From positions 1,506,422 through 1,520,040 of the forward strand of contig BCKQ01000004.1 in the NCBI GenBank assembly GCA_001600695.1: a stretch of DNA of 13,619 nucleotides, written 5' to 3'. The DNA comes from Ascoidea asiatica JCM 7603. Its lineage: Eukaryota > Fungi > Ascomycota. The position numbers were made by a program, and so were the translations under genes. The first letter of the stretch is position 1. Each line of letters opens with the position of its first letter. This document shows positions 1 through 9,291 of the stretch, one piece after another. Under the pieces are notes generated by a model. The model did not search any database and was not told the DNA's origin. It was given only the letters and a program-made list of their open reading frames with translations.

Positions 1-1753
1 AACATGTCGATATATCACAGCTTAATAGTAATGCTAAGGCTATTGTTGCTTTTTCGGGGTAAAAAAAGACCTAAAACTCAGGTTTCTAAAACAGTTAACC
101 ATAAACAACGCTCAACTAATGATGGCTCTCTTAGTTCTAATAAAATTAAGAGTAACAAGAAAAAAACATAAAAAGATCGTAAACCATATTGTCTTATTTG
201 TCCAGCCGAACATCCATTTGGTTAAGACTTAAACAACAGTAACCCAGAATCGTCAGGGTCAGATAATCATAAGAAAATCGCAAATAGCAATACTTGCATT
301 ACTGTATACAAACCTAATGGAAATATTGCTCAAACTAAATAAGCAACTACCCCATTTACTGAGGGAAACAACTGTGTTTATTCACTCAAATTGTAGTACT
401 ACTTCTCATGGTATTGGCTGGGCTGCAGGGGATAATATGTCATATACTACCAGTGATAGAAATTTACTTAAAAGCTTTACAACACCCCATCTATTAATTA
501 ACGATATTCTTGACCCTGCAGAGTAAACAAAAGAAACAGCTACCATGACTATAAGGTTTCCTCATACTTCTTCACTAAAAATTTAAAAATGCTCATTCAA
601 CTTGCCAGAAACGTAATGAGTTTTGATGCTTTTCATGAGGGACCCTTTCAATTACTGAATGTTAAATCTTCATGAAATAACTCATCATACGTTGTATGGA
701 AATGGACTTCTTGCTAGGAGTACATAGAAATCGTTAAACAAAATGCATCAAATAAAGTTGCTTATCATATTAACAATTCTCAGCCATATTAACTTATTCA
801 AAAATTGAAGAACTTTACAACAGCATCAACGGTTGTGTATGATTCATATCGTATACCGCAAAATCGAAATGCAATTTTTGAGATAATACCTCTCAAACTT
901 CCTAATCTTTATGAAATATTATTAGGTGTTCCACAACCTAAAATACTTAAAATACATTAGTGATTGGGTGATCCCTCTGATTCTGACATGCTTAACGTAG
1001 AAAGATGAAAAATTCGAAATTGACGTACGTTACAGCGGAAACTTAATTAATGTGAAACATAATTCGCATACTACAGCTTTGCCAAACAACTTAAACAGTC
1101 GGAAAAACCCAAGCTGCACATTTAGATATCATGGAAAAAATATGGGAAATACAAGGATATTTTGTTTGAAGATTACAGTATCTTCCCAGCCGCATTTACT
1201 AGTAATGACAAAGCTTCTGTGAGCCCTGAAATAAATAAAGTTATTTCAAAAGGTGGCAATGAAAGATATTTACCTGAACCTGAGTTAACATTGATAATCT
1301 AACCGAGTGCAAAAATCTAAGTCCAGTACAATTATTGGACTACCACACGGATATGAATCTTTTCTTCATTGTAGATCGGAATTAGGTATTAGAAAAGTTA
1401 AATATATGAGCTCCAGAATTTTATTTCATCAAACTTCTCTTTATCATGAACATTTCTTTAGGAAGGCTACAGTATAGACTCGTCTTTTATTAACCAGCGA
1501 AATTCATTCCACAACTAATGAAATTAGTTTATTTGTATTTGATGAGAGACAGCAAAATATGCTCACCTCTCCTCTATTTGGATCAGATCTTTTGAACGCA
1601 TTTAATACAAATAGTTGGGAAAATGCCATATGTCTTGGAGATAATCAGTACTCGCGAACTTATAACGTTTTTAACGCAACAACAACTTTTTTGCTCGGTT
1701 TAATTGCAACCGTTAAATATGTTGGGGAACCTGATTTTTTTAAAATTTATTGA
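1..1753 (+). mobile_element. Degenerate Ty1/copia gag-pol fragment A (Gag knuckle, protease, integrase); pseudogenised and truncated by the window start
   Basis: Manual translation gives motifs in copia order. Knuckle YCLICPAEHPFG* (187-228). Eroded protease GWAAGDNMSYTTSDRNLL (~416-470) and QLARNVMSF (598-624). H**LGDPS for HxRLGHPS (955-978). Integrase core HLDIM (1119), ILFEDYS (1159), IDNLTE (1290). C-terminal GKGY/SH3-like LFGSD...AICLGDNQYSRTYNVF in ORF 1559-1753. Many stops and frameshifts. Confidence 0.85.
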
Positions 1754-1830
1754 CTATTACCCCCTCTAAGTTAGACATTATAAAATTTGTATTTGACTAA
1801 ACAGTTTGAGATTTACTATACTTTTGAATT

Positions 1831-2030
1831 GAAACTAAATATTAACATATACTATAATATCTATTCACTGTAATTAACTATTAACTTATTAATATATATT
1901 ATATAGATATTTTTCTTAATTTTGCTTCTTATTTCTTTATATATGCTTCTTAATAAATATATGCTCTTTTTCATCTTTTTTATACCAATTTTACCACATA
2001 GATAAAAGTAATATTTGAAAAATAAATTCG
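1831..2030. other. AT-rich non-coding tract
   Basis: Hand count: 34 G+C in 200 bp (~83% AT); 1871-1920 is ~92% AT. Contains a small degenerate ~20-bp repeat (TGCTTCTTA at 1923 and 1944, TGCTC at 1962). No ORF and no convincing TE motif. Confidence 0.85.
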
Positions 2031-2120
2031 AAATCTGTAAATTTTTGTCAATTACACGAAAACATTAACTGTGTCACACGAACACACTTTCGCCATTTCA
2101 GGTGCGTTGACAAATTAGGT

Positions 2121-2409
2121 ATTATTAAGATGTTTCTACTTTTTTACAACGATGCGGAATTTTCTTCATGTATAATAAGAACCTTCTAATTATTACAAAG
2201 TTCTTGGAGTAATTTGAGATTATTAAGAACGTTGTAATCGTTTTACAAAGTTGCGGAATATTGTTCTCTTTTAGTAAGAACTTTGTAAATAATACAAAGT
2301 TCTCAGAATAAGTAACAAGTTTCTGAGAACTTTTACATTTTTACAAAAATACAGAATACCATGCGGGATTTCATAAAAACTTTGTAATTATTACAAAGTT
2401 CTGCGAAAT
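2121..2409. repeat. Array of six palindromic units (consensus AAGAACTTTGTAAT-n-ATTACAAAGTTCT), ~49.5-bp period, 99-bp dimer x3
   Basis: Dyad centres at ~2141, 2191, 2240, 2290, 2339, 2389. Unit 2277-2303 has perfect 11-bp arms (AGAACTTTGTA/TACAAAGTTCT). Unit 2378-2400 has perfect 11-bp arms. Unit 2177-2205 matches 12/14 and unit 2228-2252 matches 9/10. TGCGGAAT occurs at 2153 and 2252, 99 bp apart. Confidence 0.9.
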
Positions 2410-4250
2410 TATCATTTTGCATTTGGAAGTTTGCCAGAAGATATCGAGTAGTATTACTCCTGATGCCGGGTTAATGTCAAATTTCGTATCCGAATTGGTA
2501 ATGCGGACAAACGAGTCAGACTATTAGTAGCTCATCTAGGTTCTACACACGGAGCAGCAGGTTTTTGGTAACTATTAGCAAAAAACTTGGGATTATATTT
2601 TAATTCCAAAATGAATATCACTTTATGAACAACGTGCATAATCTAAAAAATTGCTAACATCGTTTTATGAATTATTGAAACACCTACGCATCCCGAGCGT
2701 ACAATCCCACATATCAAACACTCGTTTCTGAACCGACTACAACTGAAGCAAAAGTTTACTTAAATAATACTCATTCAGAACATAAAATTCGTCCACCAGC
2801 ACATTCATATTTGGAAATTAACTTATCTGCTGATCCGATTATTCTTAAAACTTTTGCAAGCTCAACCGAATTTCATTCTAGGCAAAGGGCTCTTTATAGT
2901 GAAAAAAGTCATTTCCCAATTTGATCTGTTTGAGGGCACCGTCTGTTTACCAAAGAATACAACTTTATTTGAGGAAGCATGGATACTTAATAGTAAAATT
3001 TTTAAAATCCCGTTAAATGTTAAGGATAAACTACGAGTTTTTTATATCGTCAGTTTCAAAAGCTAGAAGTTCCAAAACTATCAAAATTTCGATTTAGTAC
3101 CCTTCATTTGGATAAGGATAATTTTTAAATTCCTCTTCTGTATTCTGCTCGTTGCAAGCTTAAAATTAAAACACTCCATATATCAACAGTATTTCAGCTT
3201 GTTCGAATACTTGCGGACAATTATTTTCTTTCAACGCAAAAACTTTTATGATGATGTTGAGACAAAATATGTAAAATTAAATAAATCTGCTTTGGGTCTA
3301 TGACACTCCTCTTTGTCATTGTTCCTTCATTCGAAGAACATTTTACTTAAGTTTGGTCTACTCACCTACTCTTAGACGGCTGTTGTTTGAACTCATCAAC
3401 TGGTTTACTAGTCGAGAACCAAGTGCATTAAGGTAAAATTTTACCAATGAATTTTTAAGTCATTTCACTAGTTATGGGCAAATTGAAAGGGAAGGTATCA
3501 ATTAAAGAACCAGCTTTAGAACATTTGGTCTTATTAGCTTTCCCTTCACCACACGGTGAGATTTGTATCACTTCGGATTGCATTACCACCAATATGTTAA
3601 GAAAGTTATCATTTGTTTATTCCACCCCTACATAATCCCCTCATTTAAATCGAGATGTGTCAAAAACTAACTTAATAATAAAGATAAAAATATTTGTCAA
3701 ACAAATTGTTGTTTCATTATTTTATTTAGCGACTCCTAATAGTGTTTATATTGCTGGTCCGCCGTTGAACTAGGGAAAAGTATTTCCTAGGGCCCAATAG
3801 ATTATTGAAGACCTCTCGGCATCGTTTTGATACCCTAAAGGGTGAACCAACTATCGGTACAAGTTTGAGTAGACCAATCGCAAAGAAATTTGTCTTTTCA
3901 CTGATTGTTCGTATTCCAAACACAGTGCCGCCCGATAGGTTTTTACAAACAGTGGTTGGGCAGTATCTTCGAAATCTTCGAGTGTTGGCCTCTAGCATTC
4001 GCTATTATGGTATCAAGTTTACATCATTGGAGCAACATTAAGTGAACAAGTTGATATTTATTTAATGATTTTAATAGAATACATTGCTAGCAAAATCGGA
4101 GCCTATTCAGTTTATCATACCCTTATTGATATTGCTAAACTAATGTAGAAAATCAAAAATCTTGAAGAGATGGGTCTTCTTTTAGGAAAGCAACTTAAAA
4201 TTAGGTCACATACTTGTATGAAACTACAACGATTAAATTATTAACCCTTT
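2410..4250 (+). mobile_element. Degenerate Ty1/copia pol fragment B (integrase C-terminus, reverse transcriptase, RNase H)
   Basis: YHFAFGSLPEDIE*YYS*CRVNVK...DKR...LGSTHGAAGF (2410-2570; FGCxxYV...LGY-type domain). KIRPPAHSY (~2784). RT motifs EAWIL...KDKLRV, TLHISTVF for LDISTAF (3171), KYVKLNKSALGL (3265-3300), ILLKFGL, and QVH* at the YVDD position (3420). RNase H FTDCSY (~3897) and TNSGWAV. Confidence 0.85.
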
Positions 4251-4261
4251 CCCTTATACCT

Positions 4262-5040
4262 TGTAAAGCTTATCGTGCACAAATACCCCAAATCTGATTC
4301 CCAGGGGATCGACGTTGTGAGAATCTTACAATAGTTGATTATTAGAACCTTAAAAATTTTTTTTATCCAGTCCTCGAACATACTATATATTTTAGAGGCT
4401 CTCATACAACTACGGCTGCACTGCTGGTACTCGATTGGGAAGATTACAGTTGTGATTCATGTTGGTGGACGCTCAGAGACTCATGTGCTTGAGGTGAAAA
4501 TTTGTCACTCCTGGAAAACTTTTGACTTGTTTCAATTCATATAACGACAAAGATACCTATTCTAAAAAACTCTCTTGAAGCAGAAAATGGGGAAAAGAAA
4601 AACTTTTATGTAAGGTGATGTCTAATAACCACTCAATGTAAGTTGTTCGACAGCTATCTAAAGATAGTATGATCCATATCAATCTAAATGCAATTATAAT
4701 TTTAAGAATCAGGGTTTTGAAAAGGTGCTGTTGGTACATCATCCACATAGCACTGCTATCGACAATCCTACTCTTATCCATAGACGAAGAGACGGTATAA
4801 CATATTTCGTCACATATTCGATATTCAGCAGACTGTCTGTAACTATACTCCAAAATCCGCATTACCTGTTAGAATCAACAAAAAAAAAAATCCAATGTAG
4901 AATCTCAAAGCACATGTTTGTTTATATAGTCATCTCCATGGCTTATGCACAAGCAATGCTTCAATCAGAAAGTTATGTGCTATTAAATATATAAATATCA
5001 TATCTATTATCCACTCAACAATGAAATTCATGAACTAATG
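4262..5040 (+). mobile_element. Degenerate Ty1/copia integrase fragment C
   Basis: H...SHTTTAAL...CDSC (4451-4462) zinc-binding region; ENF*LVSIHI for FELVHID; IDNPT; QQTVCNYTPKS...RINK (4830-4885); KAHVCLYSHLHGLC...AIKYINII...HST. Heavily eroded. Confidence 0.7.
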
Positions 5041-5067
5041 CCCTGCTACTGAATATTCATCTCTCTT

Positions 5068-5870
5068 TCTTCTACTAATAATTCACCGTCTGCTGGTACT
5101 GAAACTTCTGTTTTATCTGCTCTAGATGCTTCATTATTCGGCAGTGCAATAGCATCCTCCACTGCCCTTATATAAAGCTCTTCCTCAGCTGCGATAGAAC
5201 CTCATCCTGTTGTTTTACCCTACTTTTGGTTAGCTACCCTCAGAATAACCCCAACTGCTAATACAGCAGCAGTCAGCAGAAATTCACCTTCCAGTTTTTA
5301 AACAGCCACAAGTTTAATATTCGCTATTGAAGCGAAAATAACCTCGCCTGCTTGCACCCAGTTGCCCTTTAATTGTACCTGGTTAAGATATTTACAGTGT
5401 TCTCATTACACTTACAAAACACATAATGACCCTGTACGCTTATTTATTACCACTACCTCGCCGAATTCGGTTTGGGTAATTTGGGCGTCTGCTGCATTCC
5501 TTCGAAAAGTTAGTATGTCTAGAATTTCTATCCGAACAGCTAGTAAGAATCACCACACGCTTGTCCAGCTAGGTGCTTTTGGTATTCCAGATGAGTTCCT
5601 GCAGGTTTATTTTATCTAATGTATGCTAATTTACTATAGGTAATCAATTGTTAGCATTTATCCTCTATAATATGCGCTATTCATTGACCTCACATAATTA
5701 TTCTATTTCTCTTACTAAATTTCTTCATCTCCGGTTATTGCTATACATCATTTACTTCTATTGTTAATTATCCTATTGCTTCCGTTCAACAATGCCCGTA
5801 CCACTGACTATACATGTTATGTAGTTGTTATTGTCGCTGTGAGAAACTTTATATGGATTTGGCCCGTTGA
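5068..5870 (+). pseudogene. Probable degenerate gag relic (Ser/Thr/Ala-rich N-terminus)
   Basis: One frame runs ~184 codons (5068-5619) with only two internal stops (SSTNNSPSAGTETS...FGIPDEFLQ). A possible eroded knuckle (CRCEKL / YGFG) lies near 5832-5866. No decisive motif; the call rests on context and composition. Confidence 0.4.
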
Positions 5871-5880
5871 TTTGTTTCTG

Positions 5881-5932
5881 ATAAAAAAATTTAAACTTAA
5901 AAAAAAAATAAAACAAATAAAATAAAAAAATA
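5881..5932 (+). repeat. A-rich low-complexity tract
   Basis: ATAAAAAAATTTAAACTTAAAAAAAAAATAAAACAAATAAAATAAAAAAATA. Confidence 0.7.
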
Positions 5933-6469
5933 TCCAGTCAATTATAAAGATATCCATTTCAAATTAACTGTTCATAGTTTCAAACGCACTTTATAACTCA
6001 GTATTCCCGAAACTTTTAATGTTAGTATGATTCTCCATTTGGTATTTTGTTCATCCTGTTTTAGTCATATGTAACTGAAAATATTTAGCGTTTCCCTTTT
6101 CCTCACAGCTGCATATGACAGGACTTTCAGTCTGGGCGCAGATTAATTTAATGCAAACGGCTGAGGCGACGCCTATTAGTTTTCACACCCTAACTAATTT
6201 AATGAACAAAATATCTAAATTTATTAAACGTTGAACAGGCTAATTCTTCTGTCGCGAACAAAGAAATAAAACTGACCAATCAAAGGTTCTTTTAAAAAAA
6301 CAAATACATACACAGCATCTATTCTTTTAATCATTGTATGCTTGCATTCAACAACTCATAAAAGTGGTATAAAGTATCGTCAATTCAGTTTTAGGTATTC
6401 ATTCTGTTTATTTAATTACCATTATCAAACACCAACAAAATCAGATATTCGCTCACAATTAGTAAATTT

Positions 6470-9290
6470 TTGCAACTACACCTAAACATAGCAACAATAC
6501 ATCAATTAAGGAAACCTGTCAGCAACTATCATTGCCATTCTAGGTTACATTTCTGACTAGCGTTTTACATCGAATAATGACACTCTTTTAATTGAGTGAA
6601 CTTCTAATGATGGCTCTGCTGCTGTTGTGGGAATTCTCAAACATATGAAATCTATAGGTGATGAATTATATACTGTTGGCGTTCCAGCAGTTCCTGATGA
6701 AAGTTTTACACAATCCATAAACTTTTTTATCGTGATGAGCATAATCAGGTTCAAACAACCATGATCACGAGATTATTTTCAAACAAATCACCTTCAGGTA
6801 TTTTTCACACATTTGGATAAGAAGGTCAATAAAGGGTTACATGCGAGTATATACTATTTTCTCTATATTCCCGATCACAGTTGCTCAACAACCTATTCGA
6901 CCTTAAAGCTTCTTCAAAGACTGAATATTGATAGCAACAGTATTGAATCTGCTATCAAAAGAATCAATAATGGGTCATTTACGTCCAAAACCATCCTACA
7001 AAGGTTAAGGAGGTATAATTTCATTCAATCCAATATATATCTAATTTTGTTGGTAAGGAAACCGTTCGTTATAGAATTATTATTGTTCGGATGAACCTTG
7101 GACATGAATTCTCATTCTTTCCAAATTTATCAGTGCTTTTAAAAAACCCTTTAATTAAAATGCTTTCAACTAACATGGTAGTGTTGTTCAATCAATTTAT
7201 GTGTATTATTTTTAAGCACAATTTCAGCCATCTACCAGTACATACTACTTTTTGTAAGGGATCTTATAATGATACATCGTTCAATAATTATTCTTTGGAA
7301 TATAAATTTCCCGAAGAACAAACCATTTATGAAAGTATTGCCAACACAGATGGCACACAGATGGCACACAGATGGCTCAATGGCAATGCATCTGCCCATA
7401 AAATCAAAGTAACAGAATTTAGTTGTTGTAAGCTGTCCTCTCGCCCTCATAAGTTTGGTAAACATATTACACCACTGAAGCCTCATGTAACCTTAAAAAC
7501 CAAATCATTAATTGATAGGTTTTATAAACACTTATAACAACAGCAGATGAATACATGATCACAACTCACTTAGCAGCTCATATTTTGTTTCAGATCGAGA
7601 ATTTAATTTTTCAGCTGAGTTGTAAACTCGTCAACTCTTCCTACAATCTACTTTCTATAGAAGACCAATCTTATCCCTAGCATGTATTATTAACTATTTT
7701 ACTAACATTGTACTGTTGCTTAAAAATGGAATTTCATATTCTATTGGAACACTTTTAAAAGGTCCTTATAAAACTGATCACATTTATGTCAGACTTCCTC
7801 AGTATTTATTTGCAATGGAGTGTTTTCAATAAAACATCAAACTATCCGGCGAACGATGCATATCTAGCACATTTCAGCCCTCGCACATCCAAGTATTTCA
7901 AGTATGAGGCACTTGGTCAATTTCATATCAAAACTTTCGGAAGCTTTAATTAAGTCATGTATAATATGTAAAGTTACAAAATTGTCGTTCAGATGCCTTG
8001 CAAACAAGGATGTATCGTGGTCCTCACATGAGTTACAATTAGTACCTACAGATACAACTGCCGCTCACACAACAGAAACCGGTGCCAAACATATTATACT
8101 ATTGAATCGGATGACTTTACCTGATATGGTGATGTTACCCTGTTATGTCAAAATATCAAACTGGGAAACAAGTGCAACAACCAAGATATAAAAGTGAAAC
8201 ATTAAAAGGGTCTAAAGTTCTTAAGTTTAAATCTGATTATGGGTCTGTGTTTACCAAATTCCACAGTACATTCAAATTTCTTTCTTCTCCAAGATATAGC
8301 CCAAGCGATAATAGTCGTGCTGAAACAACAGGTGGAAAAATTGAAACGATTTCTTTTTGATTCTGTGTTCACCTTGAAGAATTTCTTGTGAACATTTTTT
8401 TAGATCTTATAAAAAATTAGCTGATACTTATGTAGACGTTTGGTATAACAAATGTACCAACTCAAGTCCTATGCAAAACCTTTCCTGAGGAGCTCCTATT
8501 TCTCGGAAATTTCTACCTTTTGGTAAAGACTGTTGGATCTGGAATCGTCTTAAGAAAATAGTACCTCAGGGATACTTTGTTGAGTATGACAATGATTCTC
8601 TCACGTTTAAGTTTTTCAATAGGAACAATTATGTCATTATAATAAGCGGAGATCTTAAAAAGCTTGATACTTTCCACTTTATTACCACTCATGTACAAAA
8701 TATTCTTCTAGCTGTGGAACCTACTGCTGATAGTTTTATTTTTTACCAACAGAATGGTCTACCGATTCTTTTGGAACTGCCGCAAAACCCCTTTCTACCT
8801 CGTCCTCTTTTAAATTCGAGAGATACTCATAACTATACTATTTGATTACTATAGCTTCTAATGCTAGAGAACTTCATGGATTTGTTTCCAGTTCTCCACC
8901 GAAATCTTTTATAATTGTCTGCCATCATCCAGAATGTCCTACCGCTTTATCAAAAAAATGCAATATACTTAGCATTAATAGTTCCATGTCTCCTATGATC
9001 CTCATTCCCTAAGAAGAGTACGCCTTAAGGCTAAATTGGGTTTTTACTTTAGACAATGTTGTGGACCCTGAAGCTAGATTAGTTATCGTTGGAAAACGAG
9101 AACAAAAAACGCCAGCAGAAGTCGCTGTTCCTGGCTGTCATTCAACAACAGAAAACGTAGTACTCATTATTGAAGCCAAAATACACCTTCACGTATAGAA
9201 ACTTGAAATAAAATCAGCCTTTGTCACAACCAACAAATATAGGGATATTCATATTTACACCCCCCCTGGCTTAGTGCCATAGTTGATGGT
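6470..9290 (+). mobile_element. Degenerate Ty1/copia element D (gag, protease, integrase, 5' part of RT); 5' boundary approximate
   Basis: Knuckle CKLSSRPHKFGKH (7427-7465). Protease relic YMI...FVSDREF (~7552-7605). Integrase: LAHPS...SCIICKVTK...LQLVPTDT (running into ORF 7904-8191), DDFT*Y (~8110), KVLKFKSDYGSVF...YSPSDNSRAE (ORF 8145-8360), FLPFGKDCW...GYFVEY (8510-8587). RT: PPKSF (~8895), NWVFT, EARLVIVG, LEIKSAF, IYTPPGL (to ~9273). Confidence 0.92.
7344..7376 (+). repeat. Perfect tandem repeat (ACACAGATGGC)x3
   Basis: Three identical 11-bp copies at 7344, 7355 and 7366, inside the gag of element D. Confidence 0.97.
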
Positions 9291-9291
9291 T

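Noticed and set aside
955-978. Repeat-induced point mutation (RIP), from CAG/CGA to TAG/TGA stops
   Set aside because: The inferred changes across the relics include many transversions and indels; no dominant CpA-to-TpA pattern can be shown without an alignment.
2121-2409. CRISPR array (palindromic repeats with variable spacers)
   Set aside because: The repeats are too diverged and alternate as a dimer, the spacers are only ~20 bp and partly related, there are no cas genes, and the context is eukaryotic retrotransposon DNA.
2121-2409. 99-bp period as a 33-aa (ankyrin-like) coding repeat
   Set aside because: There is no ORF and the frames checked contain stops; the conserved feature is DNA dyad symmetry rather than codon pattern.
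4867-5020. Solo LTR TGTTAG...TCAACA
   Set aside because: The same bases translate into collinear integrase motifs (RINK...KA...SHL...AIKYIN...HST) continuing fragment C, and no target-site duplication was found.
6867-6879. 13-bp direct repeat ATTCCCGATCACA, also at 10544-10556
   Set aside because: It does not extend, and about one such match is expected by chance in 13.6 kb.
3726-8698. Minus-strand ORFs (3726-3998, 4557-4862, 6557-6754, 7232-7486, 8513-8698) as genes
   Set aside because: They are antisense shadows of + strand gag-pol relics, short and without recognisable motifs.
8884-8901. VSSSPP as the Ty5 Sir4-targeting motif LDSSPP
   Set aside because: The PP overlaps the generic xPKSF/EPKTY motif preceding RT, and elements B and E have no equivalent.
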